The translations under genes were made by a program, and so were the position numbers. A stretch of DNA of 64,000 bases, taken from contig JAKLFA010000004.1 in NCBI GenBank assembly GCA_022711395.1, positions 204,996-268,995 on the forward strand, in the 5' to 3' direction. The notes under the pieces were generated by a model. The model ran no database searches, had not been told where the DNA came from, and saw nothing but the letters and a program-made list of their open reading frames with translations. Positions 9,562 to 20,384 of this stretch are shown here, piece after piece. Origin of the DNA: Candidatus Omnitrophota bacterium (GTDB lineage: Bacteria; Omnitrophota; Gorgyraeia; Zapsychrales; JANLHA01). How positions within the stretch are numbered: position 1 is the stretch's first letter; each line of letters starts with the position of its first letter.

Positions 9562-10499
9562 AGCTGCTCCTTTAACAACATCAAAGGGATCTTCACGTTC
9601 AGATTCTCATCGATCATCTTGCGGGTCTTGACGATCGTTTGAAGAATGCCTTTAAGCTGTTCATCTGTGTAGTGCGATGCCTGCTGTTGCAGGTCCTTCA
9701 GCCGGTCAGCATGCACCACCCGTTCATCCCCGGCCCCCGCTTTTAAAAGTAAAATGTCCCGACACCAGCTCATCAAAATACTTAACGCCTCTTTTCCCTC
9801 ATCACCGTCCGATGACAAAAACTTAAGGTCCGCTTCCGCTATTTCTCCGCGGGTAAACTGGTCAATGATACTGTTCTTTTTTTTCAAAAAACCCTTTTCC
9901 CGCAGCTCATACGCGCGTCCCCGGCACCCTTCCGAGAACTGAGCCAAACAGCTGGCCTCCTCCCGCGGCAATCCGTCCCTGATCATCATCGCCATCAAGG
10001 CTTCACGGGGCAGAGCCGAAAATATCACGGCCTGACACCTTGAGCGTATGGTCGGCAAAACACGTTCCTTTACCGCTGAGGTCAGAATAAGCAGACTCTC
10101 TTTTGTGGGCTCTTCCAGCGTTTTTAATAAAGCGTTCGCCGCTTCGGTCGTCAAGGTCTCTGCATCCTTCAAAATAAAGACCTTGCACCTGGCCTCAAAA
10201 GCCCTCAGTTGGACCCTGCCGATCAGTTCCCTGATCTGGTCGATCTTGACCGATGCCTCGTCGCCGCGTTCAACCATCATCACATCCGGATGATTGCCTT
10301 TCCCGATCTTAAGGCACGAAGGACATTGCCCGCAAAATCCCGATTCGCCAGGGTCTTCACTCTGGCAATTCAACATGCTGGCGACGGCCAAGGCCGTCTC
10401 GATCTTCCCGGATCCTTTAGGGCCCACAAAAAGATACGCGTGGGCCAGACACCCGCGGTCCCGCATATCTTGAAAATGTTTGATGACATTCTGGTTCAT
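9549..10499 (-). CDS. holB: DNA polymerase III delta-prime subunit
   Basis: HAYLFVGPKGSGK Walker A and C-x2-C-x?-C zinc module. ATG at 10497-10499 preferred over the upstream TTG. Confidence 0.8.
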   Translation of the reverse strand: MNQNVIKHFQDMRDRGCLAHAYLFVGPKGSGKIETALAVASMLNCQSEDPGESGFCGQCPSCLKIGKGNHPDVMMVERGDEASVKIDQIRELIGRVQLRAFEARCKVFILKDAETLTTEAANALLKTLEEPTKESLLILTSAVKERVLPTIRSRCQAVIFSALPREALMAMMIRDGLPREEASCLAQFSEGCRGRAYELREKGFLKKKNSIIDQFTRGEIAEADLKFLSSDGDEGKEALSILMSWCRDILLLKAGAGDERVVHADRLKDLQQQASHYTDEQLKGILQTIVKTRKMIDENLNVKIPLMLLKEQLWAN

Positions 10500-10510
10500 C
10501 TTCTCCGCCG

Positions 10511-11134
10511 CTATTGTTGAGAAAGGCAATGTTCGATATGCGCCTTGACTTCCTGAAAGATCTCCTCTTTGCCCCGGTCGACCCGGATGACCCTAAACCG
10601 CCCCGGGTCCTCTTTAGCCAATTGCAGATACCCAGAGCGCACCCGTTTGTGATAATCCAAGGACCGTTGTTCAATACGGTCCTTATTCTGTCCGGCGCGA
10701 CGCAGTCCCTCTTCCGTCTCAATGTCGAACAATAAGGTCATATCCGGCCGAACTTTCTGCGTGGAAAAGGCCCCGATATCTTGAATGGTCTTGAGGTCCA
10801 TCCCGTGGCCATAACCCTGATAAACGATCGTCGAATCCAAAAAGCGGTCGCACAGGACGACCTTCCCGCAGGCCAGGGCAGGACGGATCACTTCCCCGAC
10901 CAATTGAGCGCGCGCCGCCATATATAAAAGCACCTCACATTCATTATTCATCTCCGTGTTCTTAACATCCAGCAGGACCTTGCGGATCAGTTCGCTGATC
11001 TTCACCCCGCCGGGCTCACGGATCAAAAGGACATCCAACCCCTTTTTCTTAAGCTCAGTTTCGATCAAAGCGATCTGCGTGCTTTTCCCTGATCCTTCTG
11101 AGCCTTCGAACGTGATAAAAAGACCTTTTTTCAT
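10511..11134 (-). CDS. tmk: thymidylate kinase
   Basis: ITFEGSEGSGKST P-loop and DRF/LID motifs. ATG at 11132-11134 abuts the cysS stop. Confidence 0.9.
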   Translation of the reverse strand: MKKGLFITFEGSEGSGKSTQIALIETELKKKGLDVLLIREPGGVKISELIRKVLLDVKNTEMNNECEVLLYMAARAQLVGEVIRPALACGKVVLCDRFLDSTIVYQGYGHGMDLKTIQDIGAFSTQKVRPDMTLLFDIETEEGLRRAGQNKDRIEQRSLDYHKRVRSGYLQLAKEDPGRFRVIRVDRGKEEIFQEVKAHIEHCLSQQ

Positions 11135-12543
11135 AAACGTCTCCAACTCTGCCCGTCTTTTGTATCCTGCACAAGGATCCCCCGCTGCTGAAGAACATCC
11201 CGCAAACGGTCCGATTCGGCAAAATTCCGTTCCTTCCTGGCCTGGGCCCGCTGCTCTAAAAGCGCCAAGACTTCCGGCTCAACCTCTTGGGCTGCTGGAA
11301 CAGAAAGTTCCAGGTTGAAGATGTCCTTTAAAAAGACCGTAATATGCTTTAGCGCCCCGGTGACGATCCCCGCAAAGGAATCCAATTCTTTTTTCTGGTC
11401 GATGAATTTATTCACATCGTTCATGAATTCAAACAGGACCCCCATGGCCTTGGCCGTGTTGAAATCATCGTCCATGGCCGCCAAGAATTCCGCCGCGCGG
11501 TCTTCCACCCATTTACAGGAAACGGCCTGGGCCCCAGCCGCGGCCCGCGTCGCCCGGTCAAGAAAATTGAGAAAATGCTGCCGTTGCTTTTCAACATCAG
11601 CCATCTTCTCTTCTGAAAAATCGATCACGCTCCCATAATGGGACGAAAGGAAGAACAACTTCAGCGGATCAGCCCCATATCGATCGATCGCCGCTTCGAT
11701 GGTGATGAAATTACCCAATGACTTTGACATCTTTTGACGGTTAATGGTCAAAAGCCCGTGATGAATCCAATACTTGGCAAACGGCTCGCCCGTAAACCCC
11801 TCCGACTGGGCGATCTCATTTTCATGATGCGGAAAGACCAAATCCATCCCTCCGCCGTGAATATCCAGCGTCTGGCAGTCCAGATGCTTCAGGCTCATGC
11901 ACGAACATTCAATATGCCAACCGGGCCGGCCCCGTCCCCAAGGACTGTTCCAGAACGGCTCAGCTTCTTTGGATTTCTTCCAAAGAGCGAAATCCAACGG
12001 GTCCCGTTTCTTTTCGTCTTTTTCGATACGGACCGCCTCCTGCATCATTTCGATGCTCTGGCCTGAAAGTTTTCCATATTCCTCAAAATCGCGAACACAA
12101 AAATACACGTCCCCATCGACTTCATAAGCCAGCCCTTTGATGATCAAGCCTTCAATGAACGTGATCATCTCAGAGATATTCTCCGGGTCCGTAGCCCTGG
12201 GTTCATGCTGAACAGGCTCAAGTCCCAGCCGCTTAAGATCCGTGTAATAATCCGCGATATTTTTTTCCGCGACCTCTTGCGCTGTTACGTTCAATTCCTG
12301 CGCCTTTTTGATGATCTTGTCATCGATATCGGTAATGTTGCGGACAAAATGAACGTCATATCCTCGGAACACCAGATAACGGCGGATCACATCAAAAACA
12401 TAAACACTGCGGGCGTGACCGATATGGCATTTGTCATAGACGGTGACCCCGCACGTATACATATTGACCCGTTTGCCTTTCGGATCGAGAGGGGCAAACG
12501 GCTCCTTGCATTTTGTCAGCGTGTTGTAAATTTGAACGGTCAC
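11131..12543 (-). CDS. cysS: cysteinyl-tRNA synthetase
   Basis: HIGHARS and KMSKS motifs. GTG start. Confidence 0.9.
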   Translation of the reverse strand: MTVQIYNTLTKCKEPFAPLDPKGKRVNMYTCGVTVYDKCHIGHARSVYVFDVIRRYLVFRGYDVHFVRNITDIDDKIIKKAQELNVTAQEVAEKNIADYYTDLKRLGLEPVQHEPRATDPENISEMITFIEGLIIKGLAYEVDGDVYFCVRDFEEYGKLSGQSIEMMQEAVRIEKDEKKRDPLDFALWKKSKEAEPFWNSPWGRGRPGWHIECSCMSLKHLDCQTLDIHGGGMDLVFPHHENEIAQSEGFTGEPFAKYWIHHGLLTINRQKMSKSLGNFITIEAAIDRYGADPLKLFFLSSHYGSVIDFSEEKMADVEKQRQHFLNFLDRATRAAAGAQAVSCKWVEDRAAEFLAAMDDDFNTAKAMGVLFEFMNDVNKFIDQKKELDSFAGIVTGALKHITVFLKDIFNLELSVPAAQEVEPEVLALLEQRAQARKERNFAESDRLRDVLQQRGILVQDTKDGQSWRRL

Positions 12544-12555
12544 TTCTCCCTGCTC

Positions 12556-13287
12556 CTATGCGGCAATATCCGGCTCATCCAGATTCTCGTCACGAACCGA
12601 TATCTGGGCTTTCTGCTCAAGTTTCATGATTCTTTGATGAAAGTCACGCAAATTCTGCGAGACCGGGTCCAAGACATGGACATGGTCCATCAAGATATCG
12701 ATCTTACGCCCCTCCTGACGGGTGACGCGGCCAGGAACTCCGACAACCGTTGTATTGGAAGGAACATTCTTAAGCACCACCGCGTTGGCCCCGATATAGG
12801 AATTCGGACCGATCTCGATATTCCCGAGGACCTTGGCGCCAGCGCCGACGACAATGTTATCCCCTAAGGTCGGGTGACGTTTTCCGGTCTCTTTTCCGGT
12901 CCCCCCTAAGGTCACGCCTTGAAACAAGACCACATCATTTCCGACGATCGCGGTCTCGCCGATCACAACACCCATCCCGTGGTCAATGAACAGACCCTTT
13001 CCGATCTGCGCGCCCGGATGGATCTCGATCCCGGTGAAAAATCGCGCTATCTGCGAAATAAAGCGCGGAAAGAACGGAACATTCTTTTTCCACAAAAAAT
13101 GTGCTAAACGGTGCCAGATCACCGCATGCAGACCCGGATATAACAAAAGGATCTCCAGCGTGCTTTTGGCGGCAGGATCCCGCTCCTTTGTTATCTGGAT
13201 CTCATGTTCGAACGCCTTGGAGACCCACAACACCAGCACCACTGCCCCTAAGACCAGTGCGATCAACGTGTTCATCATCCACCTCAT
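12556..13287 (-). CDS. cysE: serine O-acetyltransferase (hexapeptide repeat), with a hydrophobic N-terminal extension
   Basis: High similarity to short-form CysE (DPAAKS..., [11 protein letters not shown], hexapeptide repeats). Confidence 0.85.
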   Translation of the reverse strand: MRWMMNTLIALVLGAVVLVLWVSKAFEHEIQITKERDPAAKSTLEILLLYPGLHAVIWHRLAHFLWKKNVPFFPRFISQIARFFTGIEIHPGAQIGKGLFIDHGMGVVIGETAIVGNDVVLFQGVTLGGTGKETGKRHPTLGDNIVVGAGAKVLGNIEIGPNSYIGANAVVLKNVPSNTTVVGVPGRVTRQEGRKIDILMDHVHVLDPVSQNLRDFHQRIMKLEQKAQISVRDENLDEPDIAA

Positions 13288-13395
13288 TTCCGAATATTTC
13301 TCACGACTGTTTTTTGTTCATAAACAATATAACCAGCAGAACCACCCCGATGATCACCCATAGCATGATCATGATCTCCTCCTGACAAGTGCGCC

Positions 13396-13881
13396 TTAAT
13401 CACCATCCCTCTTCAGCAAAGCCGTCGCGTAACACGCGATCCCCTCCCGGCGGCCTATAAAGCCCATTCCTTCCGATGTGGTGGCCTTGATATTGGCCGA
13501 ACGCAGGTCGATATCAAGGACCCGGGCAATGTTCTCCGCCATGCCCATCTTAAAATGCTTCAAGTTCGGCTCTTCCGCCAGAATGACCGCATCCACGTTG
13601 CTGACAGTAAACTTTTCTTTCCGCACATGTTCCATGACGATCCTTAACAGTTCCAGGCTTGAAATGTCCTTATACTTCGGGTCGGTGTTGGGAAAGTGTT
13701 CCCCGATGTCCCCTCTCCCCATAGCGCCCAAAATAGCATCGCAGACCGCATGCAAAACGACATCGGCATCCGAATGGCCTTCCAAACCGAACTCATACGG
13801 GATCTGCACCCCTCCCAGGAAAAGACGCCTGCCTTTGGTGAATTTGTGCACATCATATCCAACCCCGACGCGTGCTGACAT
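13396..13881 (-). CDS. ispF: 2-C-methyl-D-erythritol 2,4-cyclodiphosphate synthase
   Basis: GYDVHKF...GHSDADV...HA motifs. ATG at 13879-13881 with an AAAGGAGG SD. Confidence 0.9.
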   Translation of the reverse strand: MSARVGVGYDVHKFTKGRRLFLGGVQIPYEFGLEGHSDADVVLHAVCDAILGAMGRGDIGEHFPNTDPKYKDISSLELLRIVMEHVRKEKFTVSNVDAVILAEEPNLKHFKMGMAENIARVLDIDLRSANIKATTSEGMGFIGRREGIACYATALLKRDGD

Positions 13882-13891
13882 GGCCCCTCCT

Positions 13892-14566
13892 TTAAAATAG
13901 AAGCTGCTCGGCGAAGACAAGGTCTTCGCGCGTTGTGATCTTGATATTACGGTAAGAGCCCTCGATCACTTTGACCGAGACTCCCTGTTTTTCCACCATG
14001 GCGGAATCATCCGTCGGATCGTCGCCCTGCCATTGGCGATGCGCCTGTTCAATAACGGAGCGCTCAAAAACCTGCGGTGTCTGAACGTCCCAGAGTTCCT
14101 GCCGTTGCAACGTAGCTGTCACGGTCATCGTTTTTTGATCAACAACCTTGATCGTCGGCTTTACCCTCACCGCCAAGATCGCCGCAGAACATCTCTCTGC
14201 CTCCTCCACGGCCCTGTTGACCTCTTCCGGTCCGACCAAGGGCCTCGCCCCATCATGAATGGCCACAATACGTGTGTCGTCATCCAGTGATGCCAATCCG
14301 CGCCCTACCGATTCCCGGCGGGTCTTGCCGCCGGGCACGATGCGCCTGACCTTCTTACAGCCAAATTCTTCGATGACGGTCTGCATACGCTGCAGAAACT
14401 GCGGATGCGCCACAACGATCAGGCTCTCCAGACTTTGGCTTTGAGCAAGCGCGCGAAGCGAATGAACGATCAGCGGTTCTCCATTTAAAAGAGCGAACGG
14501 CTTGGGGATATCGCTTTTAAAACGAAGTCCCTCTCCCGCCGCGACAACGATACCCTGCGCTTTCAT
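13892..14566 (-). CDS. ispD: 2-C-methyl-D-erythritol 4-phosphate cytidylyltransferase
   Basis: IVAAGEGLRF motif. Internal ATG at 14564-14566 gives a ~224-aa IspD. The longer track ORF would run into yacL. Confidence 0.85.
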   Translation of the reverse strand: MKAQGIVVAAGEGLRFKSDIPKPFALLNGEPLIVHSLRALAQSQSLESLIVVAHPQFLQRMQTVIEEFGCKKVRRIVPGGKTRRESVGRGLASLDDDTRIVAIHDGARPLVGPEEVNRAVEEAERCSAAILAVRVKPTIKVVDQKTMTVTATLQRQELWDVQTPQVFERSVIEQAHRQWQGDDPTDDSAMVEKQGVSVKVIEGSYRNIKITTREDLVFAEQLLF

Positions 14567-14570
14567 AGAT

Positions 14571-15551
14571 TCATCCTTTAAGATCAGCGAACGCCATCCG
14601 GCCGCTCTGTGTCTGCAGGACAGATTTGATCTCGACCTGGACATCCTGGCCGATCCGGCCGGCCGCCGCCGACACAACGACCATTGAACCGTCATCACTA
14701 TAACCGATCGCCTGACCAGGTTCTTTCCCCTCTTTGACCAAGCGGATGCGTAAAGACTCGCCGGCCGCGAACGACGAACGCAAGGCGGCCGCCAGTTCAT
14801 GGATATTCAACACATCGATCCCCTGAACATCCGCGACAGAGCTCAAATTATGATCGGTCGTGCAAATATCAGCACCCAGCACCTTCGCCATGCGGACCAG
14901 CTTTGAGTCCACGCCAGTGCTTAAAGGCAGATCTTCTTCATGAATATGGATCATAAGACGCGCGTCCTCTTTCATCCGTCGGATCACATCCAGTCCGCGG
15001 CGTCCTTTTTGCTGCTTTATTTCATCCCTGGAATCAGCCAGCGTTTGCAGTTCATCCAGGACAAAACGTGGCACCACCAGCCGCCTTGCAAAAAAATTCG
15101 TTAAGGCAATATCAAAGATCCTTCCATCAATGACCGCGCTGGTATCCAGAAGAACAGGCCTGTCGTCGATATCCTGCCTTTTAAAACGCACATAAGGAAT
15201 GATCAAATTGAACTCATCCTTTCCCCGCAGGGCCATCACCGCGCCCAAATATGAAAAGATGATCGTTAATGAAAGCCGCGCCACAGACTGAACGGAGACC
15301 GACAGCGGTAAAAGGGCCAGCACATCCGAAAGCAGTTTGGCCATAAAAAGGCCCAAGAGCAGGCCGAAGACCATGCTCGATAATCCACGGACAGAAACCG
15401 ACCGTGCGCTGCGCTCTACCAAAAACAGCAAAAATGCCACCGCCGCCCCGATGCTCAGGCCCATCAGCGGCAGATCATAGATCAACCCGACGTAATACCC
15501 CACAAAAATAGCGATCACGAAGAAAAAAGCCCGGATAAAGAATAAAGTCAT
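14571..15551 (-). CDS. yacL: membrane-anchored PIN and TRAM domain protein (YacL-like)
   Basis: N-terminal TM helices, central PIN domain (VLLDTSAVIDGRI) and C-terminal TRAM-like domain. Same position as Bacillus yacL next to radA/ispD. Confidence 0.7.
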   Translation of the reverse strand: MTLFFIRAFFFVIAIFVGYYVGLIYDLPLMGLSIGAAVAFLLFLVERSARSVSVRGLSSMVFGLLLGLFMAKLLSDVLALLPLSVSVQSVARLSLTIIFSYLGAVMALRGKDEFNLIIPYVRFKRQDIDDRPVLLDTSAVIDGRIFDIALTNFFARRLVVPRFVLDELQTLADSRDEIKQQKGRRGLDVIRRMKEDARLMIHIHEEDLPLSTGVDSKLVRMAKVLGADICTTDHNLSSVADVQGIDVLNIHELAAALRSSFAAGESLRIRLVKEGKEPGQAIGYSDDGSMVVVSAAAGRIGQDVQVEIKSVLQTQSGRMAFADLKG

Positions 15552-15572
15552 CGTTTCATTCCTTGGTCGAGA

Positions 15573-16946
15573 TTATGAAGAACCTGAAACTATATCAAGG
15601 GCTTCCCGCACGCCCGTCACAGCGATCAATTCAAGGCCTGCAGGACCCGGCGGATTGCGCTTGGTCATATTATGCTTGGGGACCACGGCCCGCTTAAACC
15701 CCAGTTTTGCCGCCTCGTTCAAACGGATCGGAAGCTGAACGACACTTCGGACCTCCGCGGACAATCCCACCTCCCCCAAAAAGACAATATCCTTGGGGAT
15801 CACCCGGTCCAAAAAGGCCGACGCTACAGCGACCACAACCCCCAGGTCCGCAGCGGGGTCCGCGACCCTGACGCCTCCGACAATATTCACAAAAATATCC
15901 TTATCCTGAATATTAAGGTCCAAACGTTTTTCCAGGACCGCCGTTAATAGCGCCAGGCGGTTGGCGTCAAAGCCTTGAGCCTTTTGCCGGACGACGCCAA
16001 AACTGGAACGGCTCACCAGTCCTTGGACCTCGACCAGAAAAGGGCGGCTCCCTTCCAGAATAGGGACGACCACTGACCCGGAGGTATGCTGAGGGCGCTC
16101 AGCCAAAAAGATCTCAGACGGATTCTCGACTTCCAGTAATCCCTGGCCGGTCATTTCAAAGACCCCAAGTTCATTCGTCGAGCCGAAACGGTTCTTCATG
16201 CTCCGGATCACGCGGTAAGTCGTATAGCGCTCCCCTTCAAAATACAGAACCGTATCCACTATATGTTCAAGGACACGCGGCCCGGCGATCGCGCCGTCTT
16301 TGGTCACATGGCCAATAATAAACAATGCCATCCCCATGGATTTAGCCAGTTGTGTCAGAACGGCGGCGCATTCACGGACCTGGCTGACACTGCCTGGACT
16401 TGACGGGATATCCGGATGATAAACCACCTGGATCGAATCGATCACCGCCACATCCGGCTTTAAATTCTGAATGTGCTGCTGAATCGTGCTCAGATCGACC
16501 TGATTAACGATAAAAAGCCCTTTATGATCAGCAGCTCCCAGACGCTCAGCCCTCATTTTGGTCTGCTGGGTCGATTCTTCCCCGCTGACATACAAAACTT
16601 TTCTGCCCTGGCTCACGATCCCAGCCATGGCCTGCAGCATCAGCGTGGATTTTCCGATCCCCGGGTCGCCCCCGAGCAAGGTCACGGAACCAGGCACCAA
16701 TCCTCCGCCCAAGACACGATCCAATTCAGGCATACCGACCATCAAGCGATCTTCCTGACCAGCTTTCAGCTCATGCAGCTGAACAGGACGGTCATCCAGC
16801 AGGACCCCGCTGCGCGGCGCTTTTGGCTTTACGGCGACGGATTCTTCAACAAAAGAATTCCAGCTGTCACACGCCGTGCAGCGGCCAACCCAGCGGCTGG
16901 ACTGCATTCCGCAATTCTGGCACACATAAACAGTTTTTGCCTTCGA
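15573..16946 (-). CDS. radA: DNA repair protein RadA/Sms
   Basis: N-terminal C4 zinc finger (CQNCG...CTAC). Walker A GDPGIGKST. KNRFG motif. C-terminal Lon-like domain. Confidence 0.9.
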   Translation of the reverse strand, partial: SKAKTVYVCQNCGMQSSRWVGRCTACDSWNSFVEESVAVKPKAPRSGVLLDDRPVQLHELKAGQEDRLMVGMPELDRVLGGGLVPGSVTLLGGDPGIGKSTLMLQAMAGIVSQGRKVLYVSGEESTQQTKMRAERLGAADHKGLFIVNQVDLSTIQQHIQNLKPDVAVIDSIQVVYHPDIPSSPGSVSQVRECAAVLTQLAKSMGMALFIIGHVTKDGAIAGPRVLEHIVDTVLYFEGERYTTYRVIRSMKNRFGSTNELGVFEMTGQGLLEVENPSEIFLAERPQHTSGSVVVPILEGSRPFLVEVQGLVSRSSFGVVRQKAQGFDANRLALLTAVLEKRLDLNIQDKDIFVNIVGGVRVADPAADLGVVVAVASAFLDRVIPKDIVFLGEVGLSAEVRSVVQLPIRLNEAAKLGFKRAVVPKHNMTKRNPPGPAGLELIAVTGVREALDIVSGSS

Positions 16947-16953
16947 CATTTCC

Positions 16954-17916
16954 CTAAAACTCCATCCGCCGCTCAACGCCCAGCATGTCTGAATCTCCGC
17001 CCATGCGTTCTTCCCCGCGGCGCTTTAGATACTTAAACTCCGTCACACCGTCCTGGCGGTCACCCTGATATTTCTTCAATGTCCACTCCAAACGCTTCCC
17101 CTTCTTCTGCACCAAAGGCTTACGGACAAAAGACCGGATCTGCTCTGCGAAACGCTCGGGCTCTTTAAGATTGATCTTTCCTTCCAAGCCAAAGGCGAAC
17201 CCGTCGGTCTGGGAGATCTGAGAATCAACCACGTAAATTTCCGGGTAGGTCCCATCGATATTCAGGTTCATGCTGGAATATCCAAGTTCCTGAATCTTTC
17301 CGTTAAATGAGTGCAGCTCCCCCTTAACGCGTAGATTAGAAAATCGTTCCGTCAACTGCAGAATGCCTCCTAACGTGCCTTCCACGTCCACGTTCTGAAA
17401 TCCCAAGAACGGCAACACCGTTCTCAGGTCTAAGTTGGCGAACTGAACCTTCATGTTCGACGTCCAGGATTCGAACATATGAATTTTACCGCTGAGAACG
17501 ATCCCGCCAAGCGCCGCCCGATCAAAGGCCAGGACTCCCTTGTCATAAGTCCCGCTGGCCTTCATATCTTCAAATGGGATATTATTCAACAGCGTATAAC
17601 GGCTCTCCAGCCGCCATTTGAACTGATCCCCTGAAAAATTCTTCTGTTTCAAAGGTTCAGCCGTAAAATCAAGAAACGTCGATATATCAAAGAACCCGCT
17701 GTCCCACTTTTTAATATTCACCGTCGCCGCATAACCACCATGCTCAAGCTTTCGTAATTCAAAAAAGACCGGGTCATCGCTGCCCGAAACGAGAGCTTCT
17801 CCATACACCATGTTCTTGTTAAAATCAAACTGAGCCTTAAAAGGCACCTGCCGTGACCAGCAGACCGAAGAAAAGCTGCAGAACATCCAGACTATCAGAA
17901 AAAATTTTTTTATCAT
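16954..17916 (-). CDS. hypothetical secreted protein (signal peptide, beta-rich), no family recognised
   Basis: ORF with N-terminal signal peptide MIKKFFLIVWMFCSFSSVCWS. Tightly packed between radA and clpC. Confidence 0.5.
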   Translation of the reverse strand: MIKKFFLIVWMFCSFSSVCWSRQVPFKAQFDFNKNMVYGEALVSGSDDPVFFELRKLEHGGYAATVNIKKWDSGFFDISTFLDFTAEPLKQKNFSGDQFKWRLESRYTLLNNIPFEDMKASGTYDKGVLAFDRAALGGIVLSGKIHMFESWTSNMKVQFANLDLRTVLPFLGFQNVDVEGTLGGILQLTERFSNLRVKGELHSFNGKIQELGYSSMNLNIDGTYPEIYVVDSQISQTDGFAFGLEGKINLKEPERFAEQIRSFVRKPLVQKKGKRLEWTLKKYQGDRQDGVTEFKYLKRRGEERMGGDSDMLGVERRMEF

Positions 17917-17963
17917 ACATGAATTCAACGGGCCGCGTTATGAAAAAGCCCATCTTTCAATGA

Positions 17964-20384
17964 TCACTCAAATTTTAACTGATCGCCGGCACGGGTAACT
18001 TTGATCTTTTTCTGCGTGTTATGCCGGCCAGCTATGATTTCTTCCGCCAGCGGGTCTTCCAAATAACGCTGGATCGTCCGCTTTAAAGGCCTTGCCCCGA
18101 AAACAGGATCAAACCCTTTTTCAATGAGCAGGGTCAGGGCCTCCGGCGTCAACTCGACCTCGATATCGCGGTCCTTAAGCCTTGCCGAAACACCGCGGAT
18201 CTCGATCTCAACGATCTTTTCCAGGTCTTCCCGCGTCAGGGATTTAAAGACAATAATATCATCGATCCGGTTCAAGAACTCCGGCTTAAAGACCTTCTTC
18301 ACCTCATCCAACAAACGGTCGCGCATCTCTTCATAACCGGCATCTTCCGTCTGAGCCACAAAACCCAGCGATCCCCTGCGGCGAAGCATGTCCGCGCCGA
18401 CATTAGAGGTCATCAAGATGATCGTGTTACGAAAATCAACCTTGCGCCCGAAACTGTCCGTCAAACGCCCATCCTCAAGCACCTGCAAAAGAATGTTAAA
18501 AACATCCGGATGGGCTTTTTCGATCTCATCCAAAAGCACCACCGAATACGGTTTGCGCCGCACCTTCTCGGTCAATTGCCCGCCTTCTTCGTAACCGACG
18601 TATCCAGGCGGCGCCCCGATCAGGCGTGACACATTATATTTATCCATGTATTCCGACATGTCCACCTGGATCAGCGCATCCTCATCGCCGAACATGAATT
18701 CCGCCAGGACGCGGGCCAGTAAGGTCTTTCCTACACCAGTCGGCCCAAGAAAAACAAAGGACCCGATCGGCCGGCGAGGGTCCTTGATCCCAGCCCTTGA
18801 ACGGCGCACGGCGCGGGCGATCGCGCTGATCGCTTCCTTCTGACCGACCACGATCTCCTTCATTTTTTCTTCCATCTTTAAGAGCCTCTCGCTCTCATTC
18901 TGCTCCAGGCGCAAAAGCGGGATCTTAGTCCACTGGGAAACCACGCGCGCGATGTCCTCTTCCCCGATCGTCACGGAAATATTGTCACGCTCCTTGGCCC
19001 ACCCTTCTCTGACCTTCTCAAGTTTCTCGCGGACCTCACGTTCCTCATCGCGCATCCGGGCGGCCTTCTCAAAATTCTGGCTCTTGATATACGCTTCTTT
19101 TTCCTGCTTCAACTGTTCAATACGGGTCTCCAGTTCCTTGATCTCCGGAGGGACTTCCATGGTCTTAAGGCGGGCCCTTGAGCCAGCTTCATCAAGAACG
19201 TCCACCGCCTTGTCCGGCAAAGCCCTTCCTGAAATATAACGTTCAGAAAGCTTGACCGCGGCGCTGATCGCCTCATCAGAGAATTTGACCCTGTGATGAG
19301 CCTCATATTTGTCCCGCAAGCCCTTCAAGATCAGGATCGCTTCCTCCTCCGAAGGCGGATCGACAATGATCGTTTGAAAACGACGTTCAAGCGCAGCGTC
19401 TTTTTCAATATGCTTCCGGTATTCATCCATTGTTGTGGCGCCGATGCACTGGATCTCCCCTCGGGCAAGAGCGGGTTTCAGGATATTGGCCGCATCGATC
19501 GCCCCTTCGGCAGCCCCGGCACCCACCAGTGTATGGATCTCATCAACGAACAGGATGATCTTGCCCGAACGCTTGATCTCATCCATGATCGCCTTAATAC
19601 GTTCTTCGAACTGCCCGCGGTATTTTGTTCCCGCGATCATCATGGCCAAATCCAGAACAACGATCGTCTTATTGCGCAAGATCTCCGGAACATCCCCTCT
19701 TACGATCAACTGGGCCAAGCCCTCCACGATCGCGGTTTTCCCGACGCCAGCCTCGCCCAAAAGCACAGGATTGTTCTTCGTGCGGCGGCTCAGGATTTGA
19801 ACGATCCGTTCGATCTCCTGCTGACGTCCGATCACAGGATCCAGCTTTCCCTCACGAGCGAATTGATTCAAGTTTCGTCCATACGCATCGATCGCAGGGG
19901 TCTTGCCTGCGGTCTTTTCTTCTTCCTGCATACCGAACCCCGCGACACCGGAACCCAGGATCTCCATGATCTCGGCGCGCAGCCGATCAAGATCCAACCC
20001 CAAATTCAAAAGCACCCGATACGCCATGCCTTCGCCCTCCTTGACCAGGCCAAGAAGAAGGTGTTCTGTGCCGATATAATTATGTCCAAGGGCCCGCGCT
20101 TCTTCCGCGGAAAGCTCTAAAGCCTTTTTAGAACGCGGCGTAAAAGGGATATCCCCCACGACCTGTGTTTGGGGCCCTGGCTGCACGAGCTTTTCGACCT
20201 CAATGCGTATCGTCTCAAGATCTACGCCCAATTTCTGCAGGACAGCGGCCGCAACCCCTTCGCCTTCTTTGACCAATCCCAGAAGAAGATGCTCCGTGCC
20301 GATATAGTCATGGTTGAAGCTGCGCGCCTCTTCTTTTGCGAAGATAATGACTTTCCGCGCCCGTTCAGTGAATCGATTAAACAT
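17964..20384 (-). CDS. clpC: ATP-dependent Clp protease ATP-binding subunit ClpC
   Basis: Two Clp-N repeats, two AAA+ modules ([16 protein letters not shown]) and a UVR motif in the linker. Confidence 0.9.
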   Translation of the reverse strand: MFNRFTERARKVIIFAKEEARSFNHDYIGTEHLLLGLVKEGEGVAAAVLQKLGVDLETIRIEVEKLVQPGPQTQVVGDIPFTPRSKKALELSAEEARALGHNYIGTEHLLLGLVKEGEGMAYRVLLNLGLDLDRLRAEIMEILGSGVAGFGMQEEEKTAGKTPAIDAYGRNLNQFAREGKLDPVIGRQQEIERIVQILSRRTKNNPVLLGEAGVGKTAIVEGLAQLIVRGDVPEILRNKTIVVLDLAMMIAGTKYRGQFEERIKAIMDEIKRSGKIILFVDEIHTLVGAGAAEGAIDAANILKPALARGEIQCIGATTMDEYRKHIEKDAALERRFQTIIVDPPSEEEAILILKGLRDKYEAHHRVKFSDEAISAAVKLSERYISGRALPDKAVDVLDEAGSRARLKTMEVPPEIKELETRIEQLKQEKEAYIKSQNFEKAARMRDEEREVREKLEKVREGWAKERDNISVTIGEEDIARVVSQWTKIPLLRLEQNESERLLKMEEKMKEIVVGQKEAISAIARAVRRSRAGIKDPRRPIGSFVFLGPTGVGKTLLARVLAEFMFGDEDALIQVDMSEYMDKYNVSRLIGAPPGYVGYEEGGQLTEKVRRKPYSVVLLDEIEKAHPDVFNILLQVLEDGRLTDSFGRKVDFRNTIILMTSNVGADMLRRRGSLGFVAQTEDAGYEEMRDRLLDEVKKVFKPEFLNRIDDIIVFKSLTREDLEKIVEIEIRGVSARLKDRDIEVELTPEALTLLIEKGFDPVFGARPLKRTIQRYLEDPLAEEIIAGRHNTQKKIKVTRAGDQLKFE

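Noticed and set aside
13288-13395. Possible T-box leader upstream of cysE-cysS, as in Bacillus
   Set aside because: The intergenic region is only ~108 nt. This is too short for a T-box riboswitch, and no specifier/T-box motif was seen.
13892-14800. 302-aa version of the ispD ORF overlapping yacL by ~230 nt
   Set aside because: The internal ATG at 14564-14566 yields a canonical ~224-aa IspD starting MKAQGIVVAAGEG. The upstream extension has no IspD-like sequence and would overlap the yacL C-terminus.
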